A stretch of 60,578 nt of DNA, the filler included, from Dugesia japonica (taxonomy: Eukaryota): the NCBI GenBank assembly GCA_001938525.1. It is 5 parts of 5 records of this genome, joined end to end, with 100 filler letters (N's around TTAATTAATTAA, not from the genome) between each part and the next. Parts side by side here need not be neighbours in the genome. Positions count along the whole stretch, not along the records: positions 1 to 12,456 come from MQRL01598505.1; positions 12,557 to 22,264 come from MQRL01627141.1; 3 more parts are not named here. One strand, 5' to 3'. The notes below the pieces were generated by a model. It saw only the letters and a list, made by a program, of their open reading frames with translations. It was not told the origin of the DNA and did no database searches. Positions within the stretch are counted from its first letter, which is position 1, and every line of letters starts with the position of its first letter. Both the position numbers and the translations under genes were made by a program. Below are positions 1-13,366 of this stretch, in pieces.

Positions 1-687
1 TTATTCAAAAAAAATTGACTAACATTTTTAAGTAAATTAGTTTTAGTTATGATAAGAATTACTTTTAAAAATTACCAATTATAATTTACAAATATTGAAC
101 TGTTATTTTTAAATCTCAACACATGGTCAAAATGAAATTAAAATTTGTCACTAAATTTATTAAATACTCATGCTTATTGCATATCGTTTTTGGCTACTAT
201 AAAATATTCAATTCAGCAATTAGTCACTATTTTTCGATTTTAAAAAACGTGATTATTAATAGACAATATTTTCAGTATATAAAATCAATATTTAGAAATA
301 ACTTTAAATTATTTCCAAATAAAAACCCAACTCTAAATAAATTTTAATATATTTCAATATCGATCATCACAACTCATTAATTAACAAATCAATAATTCAT
401 CTTGATTGCCACACTTGTTACAAAAAAATAATTTTAAATACAAAACAAATTTTTTTGCAATTAATATTTATTAAAACATTGTTTTCAATAGCTGTAAAAT
501 AAAAATAGCAAAAACCTTAACACAGTTAATTTATTAAATGATCATTCAACACTAGACACATCATACAAATCTAATATTTTGTGGGAATAACATAAAATCA
601 TTCACGATTTTAATTTATTCACAAAAACAGTCACAATTTAACGCTGAATCACTGGAATGTTCTCAGTATTTCGAGCGCTCGAAGTTT

Positions 688-1292
<605 letters not shown>

Positions 1293-1921
1293 TCAATTGA
1301 AAGTAAAATATTTTAATGAGTTGGAGGAATTTATAAATGAAACGTAAACAAACAAATATAAATGTGCTAAATTACCGATATTTGATTAAACAAAAGAATA
1401 TAATTTCATATAAATCTCAAATTAAAATAATATTAACAAAAGCATTTAAATTTAACTAATTAATTTTAAATTTTAATGTAATAATATAGTGTCTTCATAT
1501 TTGTTAATCAAATTAATATTATGATATTTTTATTATAATTTTGGCCCTAATAATTTAACTCAATTAATAATAACATGAAATTCCTTTTATAATTTCCATA
1601 TTAATAATAATTCAAACATTTTTACTTCAAGAAAGGGCACCGTGTAATAAAATTATTTAATAAAAATTAATATGTAAATATTTAATTGAAACAGTTTTTT
1701 TCTATTTTACTAGATTGTTCAATATTTCGACATAGTTTTCTATTGGTGTTACTCGGTGACGAAGTTCTAAATAAACAAGTACCGGAGCGCTGCCAATTTT
1801 GATAGATATTAACCCCTTAAGATTAATATAGATATTCCCCTACACATTGTGCAATTTAATCGATGTTGATAATAACAATGTAAGCAGAAAATTATTTGAA
1901 AACTTACACTATTTAAACTTC

Positions 1922-2240
1922 TTACAAAACCTTCCAGACTGGAATCCCTTCAATTTCTGTAAGTTTGCAGTGCCGGATCTTCGTATACGTGGCTGTCCGA
2001 GGATTTCTTAACCATTTTTGAACAGGATTCCAAAGTTCAATTGGCGAACGTTGAAGTTTAATGAACGATAAATATGATAAGTGTTTTATTAACAATATTG
2101 TTTTAGTGTCTTTTAATATTAAGTTCATTACACTAAAACTTCTTTTACATGCAGCAGCACTGTATGGTATTATTTTAGAAAACATAATTAATTGTTCTAA
2201 TTCTGACACAATATGTCATCCTTCATTGCCAATATACTCT
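1922..2240 (-). mobile_element. hAT transposase C-terminal (dimerisation domain) fragment
   Basis: IPYSAAACKRSFSVMNLI...LSYLSFIKL resembles the hAT S-x-A-x-C-E-R-x-F-S-x-M-N motif; similar to the fragment at 47370-47580. Confidence 0.7.
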
Positions 2241-2472
2241 CGAAATCCAATAAACGTTTTNNNNNNNNNNNNNNNNNNNNNNNNNNNNNNNNNNNNNNNN
2301 NNNNNNNNNNGAAATAAAACCAAGCATTTCCTTTGTATTCACACTTACATAAAATGTGAATATATATTGTATGCATTTCTGAAAAAGGTGAAGGATTATG
2401 ATCCAGCTTGATTACTTCATTGGTGTTCCTACTATACTACTACCCCAATTTTAAAATTTTCACCACTTAGGT

Positions 2473-2716
2473 CAAGCGCGCACTCAGTGGGAAACTCACG
2501 GGCTTCAACCCCCTCAAACCCATAAACATTTTCGCTCCACTATGGACGAAAATCGATTAAATGGGTTGGCTTAGTTAAACTTCCTATCCAAAATAAATAT
2601 AAAATATTTTAATCATGTATTATATATTAAAAATCTGTAAGTTGAAGTCGACTCTTATTATTATTGTTATTTTCTTTTATTTGAACATCCAAGCGAAAAA
2701 CCTGAGTGCACGCCTG
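2473..2716. mobile_element. hAT-type MITE
   Basis: TIRs CAAGCGCGCACTCAG / CTGAGTGCACGCCTG (13/15 complementary); 8-bp flanks ACTTAGGT / AATTAGGC are a degraded TSD. Confidence 0.65.
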
Positions 2717-2735
2717 AATTAGGCTATATCTAAGG

Positions 2736-3034
2736 CAGCGGTTCCCAACCTGTAAGTCGCCTGACAATTTTTTAGGGGTCGCCTGAACCTTCTGAAAATT
2801 AATTTTTAAAATAGAAAAATGTTTTTTNNNNNNNNNNNNNNNNNNNNNNNNNNNNNNNNNNNNNNNNNNNNNNNNGCTATAAAATTGACTGGTTTTTTAG
2901 AAATCAAATACATAATAGTTATCTGCAAAAATGTGGTGAAGGAGGAGCAACCAAATTAATTTTATCGTAAGGGTCGCCACAGCTTGAGAAACGGTATCAA
3001 GTAGTCACAGCACCAGAAAGGTTAGGAGCTGCTG
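2736..3034. mobile_element. hAT-Charlie-type MITE (contains an N gap)
   Basis: TIRs CAGCGGTTCCCAACCT / AGGTTAGGAGCTGCTG, internal GGGTCGCC motifs, NTCTAANN-type flanks. Confidence 0.7.
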
Positions 3035-5399
3035 CTCTAAATCATTGTATCTCTTTGCTGAATTCCTCAAGTATTTATCCAATTTCATCTTTGCCGTTAT
3101 CGTCATTATTTTCGTTATCGTATTAAATAATCATATTCTGGACAATCATTTTTTATTGTGCTAATGTTCCTCCCAAAATGAACTCTACTGCTCATACCCT
3201 CAAAATGTTATCAGTAATTTGAAGAACATAATCATTTAAATTATAAGTATTACAAAAGTTAAATTCAGAGCAACAATTACTTTATTAAATTTGTAAAAGA
3301 ATCTCTATTACTATTAATTCATCCTTACTTTTGTAAAAGATCTTCTATTATCGTTTATTTTAAAAAATAAGCACGCATTTAACTTAGAATTTATCTTAAA
3401 AATTATAATTATAACATACTGTTACATTTTCAAAAACGCACTTGTTTACTAATTAAATATAGTACATAATTAACGTACGTAGAGCATAGACANAATTAAG
3501 AGCAAAGAGTCTTGCAAAATATTGGAGTCTTTCTTTGTCATTGATGTAACAGAAACCTTTGCATAACTTAATTATTAAATTATTTACCTTTTTAAATCTT
3601 TAGTAGTAGTTTTAAACTTCAACTAAGAAAACTGATTAACACTGTTAGTTTTATTCGTTTTCTTCTTCATTTAAATAAACTAAAACAAGACTTTTGATTC
3701 AAAACTCTATTTAAAATACAAATAATTCTTCTTTGAAATTCTCTTTGCTTTTTGAACGCTTCATTCAAAACTTGCCTTTCCCAATTTATATTTTTAAATA
3801 ATAATACATTTAAACAAATTTATTATATTTATTAAAAATATATTTTACAAATATTTCGAATTTACATTTTAAAAATTTCAACTAATAAATATTGGTTTTC
3901 AAATTTCATAAAAAAATTTTAACTAATAAATATTCATTTAATAAAAACATTATTGACTTAAATTTTAAAAATATTTACGAATTTTTTAAATTACCTGCCA
4001 AACTCGTTAAAAACCTCATGACCACCGGTGGGTCACTCCACTGCAACATTAACGGCCCGCGTGCTCACGGATGGGTACACGACATGTTTTACTTGGGGAC
4101 TGCTTGTACACCAGTGGGCATGATTTAAATACAATTTATGTACAGTAGTCAATTCGCTGGTACCTCAAAGAGATACCGTATATAGCGGATTTAGTTAATT
4201 TGACATAGAACTCATTTTAAATATTAAAAAAATACGTAATTCACAATAAAAAAATGCCGGTTTATATGTGAGAAATACTATTTTGCAGTGCGGTCTTCAA
4301 CGTGCTAAATCTTGTGAAAATAGCAACTGCATACATAGATTTTTAGAATCTACCTTTAGCTGATAAATTTAACTACTTGCATTGGCTGGTTTTCCATTCA
4401 TTTTCTCTTATTGGCCAATTTTTCGAAATTCCAAATTTCATGAAGTTTNNNNNNNNNNNNNNNNNNNNNNNNNNNNNNNNNNNNNNNNNNNNNNNNNNNN
4501 NNNNNNNNNNNNNNNNNNNNNNNNNNNNNNNNNNNNNNNNNNNNNNNNNNNNNNNNNNNNNNNNNNNNNNNNNNNNNNNNNNNNNNNNNNNNNNNNNNNN
4601 NNNNNNNNNNNNNNNNNNNNNNNNNTAGTATTTATCTTAGAATGAAAGGTTATCAGCCAATAAATAAAGTAATGAAAAAGAAAATAAATAAAACAGTCAA
4701 TTTATTAAATAAATCTATCGTTTGAAATTAGAATGATTTATTATACACAATGCATGAAATAAAGTCTATTCATTTTACTTATTTCTTCAGTTACTAAATG
4801 TAAAATTAATTTAGTATTTTCTTTCCTAATTTCCACGAAAAAAGATTTTGGCTCATATAGTTGTTTCTTACAGATTTTCATTCTCTTATTCCGATACTTC
4901 GTAATATCCTTCTACTTTTAATCTTGTTATTCTTTTTCACAATTGCTTACATGTGCCCCAGATCTTTAACTTTTCTTCGATTCTTACTCAATACATTAAT
5001 ACCCATATACTAGTTTTTTACACTTTCTTATTCATAATTATACATTCGCAAACTGACTGTATTTTTAATTCATTCAAACCCATGGTGATTGTTTCCTAGT
5101 TATTCTTTATTTTGCTTTTGCGTACTTTGGAGGTTTGGAATCTCTTTCGCCATAAAAAAATATTCAGTCAATTTTTTATCTTAGTTATACTCTTTAAAGA
5201 TCGGTAATGTTGTTTTAATTAGTTTTGCATTCCTTTGCTTCTGGTGCTATTACCGCCTTTTGCATTTGAGATATTCATTTGCTTTTAATTATTTTAATGG
5301 TATCTTCCGATTATTATTCTTCACTAGTATTTACCTTTTACCTTTTTATTCTTCCTTCTTGTAATTGCGAACACCTGGATTTGTGTATTTTGTGTATTG

Positions 5400-6119
5400 A
5401 TCAAAGATTAAGATGTCCTCATTTGTAATTGTTAAACCGTTTACGAAAATCTATGAAAGTTGGAAAAATCTTTGCTTTCTCTAAAAATGTTTGTTTTCTA
5501 TCGGAACTTTAGAATATTAATCAAAATGTTATGACGAGATATCATTGCAAAATTTTAACAAAGTTGGAGGCCTCTTAATATAAATAAAAAATTTACAACC
5601 GCTTTCATCAACAAATATATTTTTGTTATCGTTTAATAAAGCATTGGTTAAAAACTCAGAGGCAAAACTTCGGCGCAATTCAATTCTTGTTTCGTCATTT
5701 ACCCGATCGATTATTAAATTAATTCTTTTTAATGTAACTTTGAGTTTTAATAAGAATAATCATTATTGTTTTTATGGAAACTATAATATAATATTCTTCA
5801 CTGAAAATATAATTTCTTTCATCATATTTATCGTTACCGCAGGATTTCTTTCGATACACATTTCACTAAATGATACAATTTCATTGTCAATTTTGATGGT
5901 TGGCTTACGGTATTTTTAGACTTTGATAATGGCATTTATAGTTGTCCTTTTAATTTGATGGTCGCTGGCCACCTTTAAAATGGTTTTGCCGTTGTTTACA
6001 ACTTTTTCAACTATAAGTAATCTCATTTCATTAATCATATGATGTCTGCTGTTGGAATTGACTCGTTCTGTATTATCCATGCTGGGAATAATTAATTTTA
6101 TTTTTCTATTTAATGACAT
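5400..6119 (-). mobile_element. Degenerate IS630/Tc1-like transposase
   Basis: N-terminal HTH (KVASDHQIKRTTINAII), then VTLKRINLIIDRVNDETRIELRR...NIFVDESG with the first catalytic Asp; stops and frameshifts present. Confidence 0.7.
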
Positions 6120-7439
6120 AAAAGAATCATTTAAATAACGATTACTTATTTAAAAATTGAGTTAACAATTTCTATTAAATTATATTATTTATTATTAGAA
6201 AAGTAGCAATTTCATTTTTTGAAATAGACAATTTTATAATTAAAATGCTATATTAGTAATAATAAAATTGATTATTGTAAAAATTTTATTTTTTATACAT
6301 TTATTTTCTAATAAATTTTAATTATCGCTTTATTCATTGAAGAATTTCGACATTTTTCTATGATATATTTAATAATTATATCTTTTTTCTCTATTGTTTT
6401 TTGTCAATTACTCACAGATCAAATTATAATTTCACGNCCCCCTCCAAGTAAACTAGCAACAAATTCTGATGAAAGATAAGAAAAGAAATAATCAAGATAA
6501 AAAATTACAAAATGAAAAAAACTGTATTCCAAATTATGTAATTTTTTGTGACAAAAATCCAAATCAAAGATTTGTTGTGTAAAATTTAAATCATTAAAAT
6601 GATTTCCGGTGATATAATGACACAAACAGTTGGATGTAATTTTTAATTTGAAATTTTCTTTCTTGATTTTTAGATTTTTTTCATTTGATTAAAATCTAAT
6701 TTATTTTTTACAGTGAATAAAAAAATTTATTTATTTTTTTATTGGCTTTTTCTATTCTACTAAATTAAAATTTTTTCTTTTTAAAATTCATACTATCGTT
6801 TTTATAAAATTATTTTTTCAATTAATATCAAATCAAAAATTTATAATTCTAAATTTTATTTTTGAAATTNNNNNNNNNNNNNNNNNNNNNNNNNNNNNNN
6901 NNNNNNNNNNNNNNNNNNNNNNNNNNNNNNNNNNNNNNNNNNNNNNNNNNNNNNNNNNNNNNNNNNNNNNNNNTTTTAAATAATATGTTTTTGATAAAAT
7001 ATTTTTATCTTTTGTTTTTGAAAAGAATTACCACAAATAGCTTTATAATAATGAAAAAAAATAATTAATTATATTAATAAAAGTTTTTCTAGTGTTAAAT
7101 AATATATGTATATATAAAAACTAAAACAATGATTTTAGATTCTACTTATGACAATTTTTTATTATTATTATTTCTTGTATTAAATTTCTTTCAAAGCCCC
7201 ACAAAGAAACTTTGCACAGGGCCCCGCTTTTGTTCGGACTGGCCCTGATTGCAATATCTTTCATCCTTTATTATTTTAGTATGATAAATACAGGAAATAA
7301 TAAGCTTATTAATACAAGTATTTTTTGTACCATATTTAGTATGAACCTAATATTATATATTTTAAAGCGTTACCCTTAAATTAAACATGTTAAAAAAGTA
7401 ACCGTAATAAAACACATGTTAAAATTTTAATAAAAACAC

Positions 7440-8290
7440 TTTTATAAGAATTTATTTATTTTATTAGTATTTCTTCATGTTTTTTTCTATGTAGTGTAGA
7501 AATGTAGCCTGTTCCTAGTGTTTTCCATGTAANNNNNNNNNNNNNNNNNNNNNNNNNNNNNNNNNNNNNNNNNNNNNNNNNNNNNNNNNNNNNNNNNNNN
7601 NNNNNNNNNNNNNNNNNNNNNNNNNNNNNNNNNNNNNNNNNNNNNNNNNNNNNNNNNNNNNNNNNNNNNNNNNNNNNNNNNNNNNNNNNNNNNNNNNNNN
7701 NNNNNNNNNNNNNNNNNNNNNNNNNNNNNCCATCACAAATGATTCATTTGGGACCACAAAAATTTTGTCTTGGTTTCTGTAATTGGATGCACAAAGGTGC
7801 TTGTGGTTTGAAAATAATTCTTGAATTGTTTTTGAGTTTAGCATTTTTTTATTATATTCTGCATGATTTTAGCTATATTTCCATTAATAAAAGGTAGTTT
7901 AATAACTGTGTTTGTTTTTGGTTTGATTTTATTTTGTTTTGCATTTAAAGATAAATATTTCGATATAATTTTATTTGGATAGCCATTATTTAAAAATTTT
8001 TTGCAACTTGAGAGAGATCAATTTCATTTTTTCATTTGAAAATAGTCTCTCAGCTCGAATTCTTTCACCTTTAATTATACCAATTTTCTGGCTGATGGTA
8101 ATATTACTACTCCAAGGTAATATATGTCCACTGTGAAATGGTTTCATATATAATTGGGTAGTTAATATATCACCAAGTTTCTTTTGAATTAAAGTGTCCA
8201 GAAAAGGAATCTGAAAGTCAATTGATTTCGCCAAAGTGAATTTAATGTTATTATTAATACTGTTGGCTAGTTCTAGAAAGTGAGAGCGGC
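7440..8290 (-). mobile_element. Penelope-like retroelement fragment (RT thumb, linker, probable GIY-YIG remnant)
   Basis: NSINNNIKFT..IPFLDTLI..LTTQLYMKPFHSG..WSS..SQKIGIIKGERIRAERL...GYP...LPF is the typical PLE RT C-terminal pattern. Confidence 0.75.
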
Positions 8291-8539
8291 ATCAAAATTT
8301 CTCTTGAACAATTTAAAATTAAAAGCAATTTATCAATAGAAGCGTTGATTGAAATTGATTTTTCTAAAATAAAAATGTAAGATATTGCAGGTTTGTATAG
8401 GTTTATAAGACGAAATTGTTCATTAGCAATGAATGACCATCATTTAGACGATTGAAATAAAATTTTGGTAATAAATATATTATTTTTGTTTACTATTTCT
8501 TTATTGTTTTCCTATGATTATTTGAAATTCCATATATAT

Positions 8540-8641
8540 AGTAAAAAGACTTGTCAATAATATTAAGGATTTATTTAAGAATACTATAATTTGTATTATT
8601 CAAACAAAATTGACTGTTTACATAATCACTATTTTCTAACT
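8540..8641 (-). repeat. 3' LTR (102 bp) of the Gypsy element, preceded by PPT TTGAGAGGGA (8651-8642)
   Basis: About 90% identical to 11877-11977 by manual alignment (about 10 differences); AGT...ACT termini. Confidence 0.85.
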
Positions 8642-11600
8642 TCCCTCTCAATTGAAATTGAAACTCGTTTTAACCATTCAACTCGTTTTGACTTTGGTTT
8701 ATCTGTAAAATTCAGCAGGACTTGATGGGGACTTAAAAACCTAATAATCGTATACGGACCTTCATTATTGTCTCCACTTATATGAATATTACGAGGTTTC
8801 TTTTTTACAGGAATATTTTCACCAATGGCAAATTGCCCGTGACCTCTTGTATCTGATTCGTACTTTCTCATTTCCAACGCAACTTGTTTAAGTTCTACTT
8901 TTGTTTCATTAACCACTTGTTCATGATTATTGGGCTCATTTCTCGACAACCCATGTAACAGAATTTTTTGCCCACCTAGAACTTCAAATGGAGATCTCTT
9001 AATAGCGCTTTGATATGTTGTAAAAAATTGAAAATTCAATCTTGGGAATGTATTTACCCCAAGTAAATCTATTCTTATCACTATTCATTGAAGTGACTAA
9101 TATATCTCTGACTATTCTAATTACTCGCTCTGCTAGACCATCGGATTGATGTTGGTAAGGTGATGTAAGTTCTTGCGTAATTCCAAATCTTCCACACAAC
9201 AATCATTTTGCTACCTTCAAAAACTCTACCCGATCAGATAAGATTGATTTTGGTTTTACAAATCGGTAAATCCATTGGTTCTTTNTTGCATCTGATATTG
9301 CTGTTTCATCTTGTTTACTAAGAGGTATCTATCGAACTAGTTTGCTAAATTTATCGATAATAACAAAAACGTACTTTTGATTAAACTTATACTCAGAAAA
9401 ATAGGCCACATCTATTACAATTTGTTTTAGTGGTGCAAATTCATTTCTAGGTAACAATAGTTCTTTTGTTCGACCAGTGTAGACCTTTCTTTTAGCATAT
9501 ATTTTACATTTTTGAATTTCGTGTTCAATTTTTCTACTCAAATATTCCACTAACTTATTGCTTCCCAAATGACATAGTTCTTCGTGCAAGTATTTGACTA
9601 ATTTTAGTGAGTAATTTTCTGGTANATATATTAGTTTTTTTTCTTGATCATGTTTAATTATAATATTCCTAAATAATTTGAATTTATCTATACTTTTAAA
9701 ATGTTTGCTTTTTTTCACTTCAGTAGTTACATCATTATCCAAGCCTTGTATCCAGCATAATATTGATCTTAGTATACCCCATTTCTTTTGTAACTCTTCC
9801 ATATTTTCGTAATAAAATACATTTTCATTTACATTGTTTATAAATCTAACTTTAGATTTATTCCCTTTACCATAATCTAGTTAAACATTGACTACACATC
9901 GTTTCATTTATTCTGGACAGACCGTCAGCATTACTGTGATCTATTTCTTTCCAATATTCTAAATCAAAATTTAATCCAGAAAGATTAGCAAACCAAGTCT
10001 TAAACTGTGAACTAATTGATTTATTTGTTTTCTTCATATTAATCAAAGCTTTATGGTCAGTCCTTATTTTAAACTTTTCCCCAATTAAATAATGCGTAAA
10101 ATGCATAACAAATTCATGAATAACTAAAAGTTCTTTTCTGGTTACACAATATTCTTTCTCCTGAGAATTTAAAACTCTCGAAGCTAAATCTATGACTTTT
10201 TCATCATCTTTGTAGTCGTTTTGGTTTAGAACAGCTCCGATAGCTCCAAAATTTGCATCAGTGTCTAGAATCATTTCTTTTGATGGATCAGGAAATGCCA
10301 ATACTGGTGCTGTAGATAACTCATACTTAAACTTTTGGAAGCTACTTTCAGCATCTTTGGACCATTCAATTATTTTTTCATTGACTGATATCATTGAATA
10401 TAGTGGCTCAGTAATAATTGCAAAATCTTTGAAAAATTGACGATAATAATTACTTAGTCCCAAAAATGATCTTAACTGCGTAACACAACCTGGAGTTGAG
10501 GGTTCTGTAGTTTGTTTTATTTTAGCAGTTTTATTTTTATTTTTAACAGTTAGTTTAGAAAAAACACCTAACAATCTAACTTCTGATTTAATCATACTAG
10601 ATGCCCCAATTTGGATCCAATTTTCTTAACTCATCACTGCTATTGATGCACCAGAACCCCACAGAATTTCAATATCACAGCCATTACAATTTATAATACT
10701 CCATTGCCATCCGTCTATCTTCTGAAGCATTCTAAATTATTCATCATTCATTTCATCTTCCTATTTCCTATCTCTATTATTAATAAAGTTTATCGACTCA
10801 ATTCCACCGACGAGATAGCTGTTGGTAGAAGTTTATTTCCATTTCACTATCATCAATATTATAGATTTCATTAAAATTATTCATCTCGTTCACACTTTGC
10901 TCTTCGTCATGTATACATGATATTCTTCCATTTTGATGGCCATTAGTAACCAAATCTTTAAAATAATGACCATTTTTACCACAAATTAAGCATTTTTCTT
11001 CAGCGGACATTTATTTCGTCTATGATTCATATTACCGCAATAAAAGCATGTACTTTGTTGTAAAATTTCATCATGTGAAAGTGCTTTACCCCTGCACTGC
11101 TTGTAGAATTTCATTGCAATTATCTTCATTGATATTTGCGGTTTAAATTTCTATCTCAATCCTCATATGCAGTTGATTTTTCAGATTGATTTCTATTTCC
11201 TGAAGATTTAAAATATACTGAATTCCTTTGGTGCTCAAAATTAAATTCAAACGTTGATTATAATATCGAGGATTACTAATCCCTTACGAATATGTTGGTT
11301 TCATGACATAGACTTCCCGATGCGGAACCAATTTTTCTAAATTCTTTTCAAATTCTCTTCTTCTTTTGTCAAACATTGATGGGTCAAGGGCAAAGGATTC
11401 TCGCAGTTTCTCACTTTGTAATCCCTGCAGAATAAATGTTAATTTCTTTTGAAACACGCCTGTAACCATTTTTTAAACTCATATCTCAAATTTTCTGTAT
11501 TTCTTGTCTATTCTCTGTTTTATTAATGAAAATTCTTTGACTTCATGATAAATCGATTTTGTATTTGTAAAGGTTTTCATAAACCATTTTTCGACCTCCT

Positions 11601-11876
11601 CATTAGTAACAGAATCATTTGAACATGTAAACTTTTCCCACAACTTTTTCGCATCACCTCTTTGAAGCATATCTAAAGCGAAAGCTAATTCCATTTGATT
11701 GAATGTCGCAAAATCTTTCGCTGTGTGCATTCAATCTTCGTCACCTTAACTGAGACCATCAAAGAAATTTGGTTTCGGGATTAACATTTCTTGCGTTTTT
11801 TGAGGCTAGTTAGAAAAACCTTTTGCTCTTCTTCGTGTTTCGTTCTTGTTAACGCATTAATTTCGGCGTGGTTCCC

Positions 11877-11977
11877 AGTAAAAAGACTTGTCATTAATAT
11901 TAGGTATTTATTTAAGAATATATAATTTGTATTATTCAAAACTAATTGACTGTTTAAATAATTACTATTTTCCAACT
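11877..11977 (-). repeat. 5' LTR (101 bp) of the Gypsy element, followed by PBS TGGGAACCACGCCGAAAT
   Basis: Direct repeat of 8540-8641; the PBS TGG overlaps the last LTR nucleotide. Confidence 0.85.
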
Positions 11978-11980
11978 TAT

Positions 11981-12115
11981 ATAAATTTCTAAATTGAATT
12001 ATAAAATTCCTAAATCGAATTATAAAATTTCTAAATTGAATAATAAATTCCTAAATTGAATTATAAAATTCCTAAATTGAATTATAAATTCCTAAATTGA
12101 ATTATAAATGCTAAA
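11981..12115. repeat. Minisatellite, about 21-bp unit ATAAAATTCCTAAATTGAATT, about 6 copies
   Basis: Visible tandem iteration. Confidence 0.85.
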
Positions 12116-12500
12116 TTACATTAATTAAATTCTTATACAATCACAATGAAATAAATGCAATTTTATAAATAAATTTATAACAAATTAAGAAAAAATAAAT
12201 TTCATTCTGTAAATAACATGAAAAAGAGATTCTTTCCATTAAAAAGCTTCGTTTAATTGATTCTCTGTTGGCCAAGTTAAGAATTTTAGCAAAATCACTA
12301 GAAAATCTCGGCGTAAATTAGGAAAATTCAATTAATTGAAGATAATTGTTGCTCTTGATATACATGATGTTGCATCCAACTTGTAGAATGTGATTAACCA
12401 ATCAAATCTGATAAACTTATTCAACTCTTTTGATTTCATCTTCAGTTATTGTTATTNNNNNNNNNNNNNNNNNNNNNNNNNNNNNNNNNNNNNNNNNNNN

Positions 12501-12512
12501 TTAATTAATTAA
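12501..12512. other. Artificial contig-joining linker TTAATTAATTAA between N runs (also 22309-22320, 42054-42065, 50881-50892)
   Basis: Identical 12-mer with stops in all six frames, flanked by about 44 N on each side at four sites. Confidence 0.92.
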
Positions 12513-12939
12513 NNNNNNNNNNNNNNNNNNNNNNNNNNNNNNNNNNNNNNNNNNNNGACGGTGTACAAACGATTTACTACCTCCACGAAGGGTAACGGTA
12601 GTTGAATAGGTAATTTAGGAACGAAATATTTATTTCAAAACCTCTGGACACTATGGCTACTTGTGGAGATTTATTTTAATTATACTCAAGGTAGAATATT
12701 CCAGGCAGTTAGAAGTAGGTTGGTACAAAAGTTTCTGCTAAACAATATGNATGCTAACTCACAAGGTAATGAATTAATGACGTAGGTACTCATTTGCGGA
12801 TAGTAAAGATTTATTATTGGTCACTTTATGAAGTAAATTATAAGTATGGGCTAATGGGATAATTAGTCATATCACTCCTCTATTCCTCAGATTAATATTA
12901 TTCACTATATAAAAGTAAAATAAAATTTTGAAAATCATT

Positions 12940-13326
12940 AATAACCATAATAATAACCTTAGTAATAATAATATTAATAATAATCATCAGGGCAACAATA
13001 GTAATAAGAGTAATCACAATTATTACGCATGTCAACAACAGTGTTAATAATAAGCCTAACGATTTTAGCACTAATAATCATAATAACCAAATTAATACTG
13101 ATNNNNNNNNNNNNNNNNNNNNNNNNNNNNNNNNNNNNNNNNNNNNNNNNNNNNNNNNNNNNNNNNNNNNNNNNNNNNNNNNNNNNNNNNNNNNNNNNNN
13201 NNNNNNNNNNNNNNNNNNNNNNNNNNNNNNNNNNNNNNNNNNNNNNNNNNNNNNNNNNNNNNNNNNNNNNNNNNNNNNNNNNNNNNNNNNNNNNNNNNNN
13301 NNNNNNNNNNNNNNNNNNNNNNNNNN

Positions 13327-13366
<40 letters not shown>

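Larger units (their letters stand above)
8540..11977 (-). mobile_element. Gypsy-type LTR retrotransposon, 3438 bp, decayed, RT core deleted
   Basis: Order: gag (knuckle CLICGKNGH), protease relic (ILWGSGASIAV), RT connection/RNase H (QLRSFLGLSNYYR, LDTDA, KELL, RTDHKAL, NADGLSR), integrase (HEELCHLG, IVIDVA, IIDKFSK, SPYQHQSDGLAER). Paired LTRs, PBS, PPT and 5-bp TATAT TSD. Confidence 0.93.

Noticed and set aside
8425-8460. TGAATGACCATC...GACGATTGAAA as a hammerhead next to the Penelope fragment
   Set aside because: The CUGANGA core is incomplete and stem II is mismatched; at best a decayed relic.
12501-12512. Recurrent TTAATTAATTAA motif as a biological repeat or CRISPR-like unit
   Set aside because: It is always embedded between N runs, so it is an assembly spacer.
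12974-13030. YYYCCPDDYY on the minus strand, resembling nAChR alpha-subunit loop C
   Set aside because: It lies in a degenerate (TAA)n tract, is followed immediately by a stop, has no downstream pre-M1/TM1 sequence, and is across an assembly linker from the other exons.
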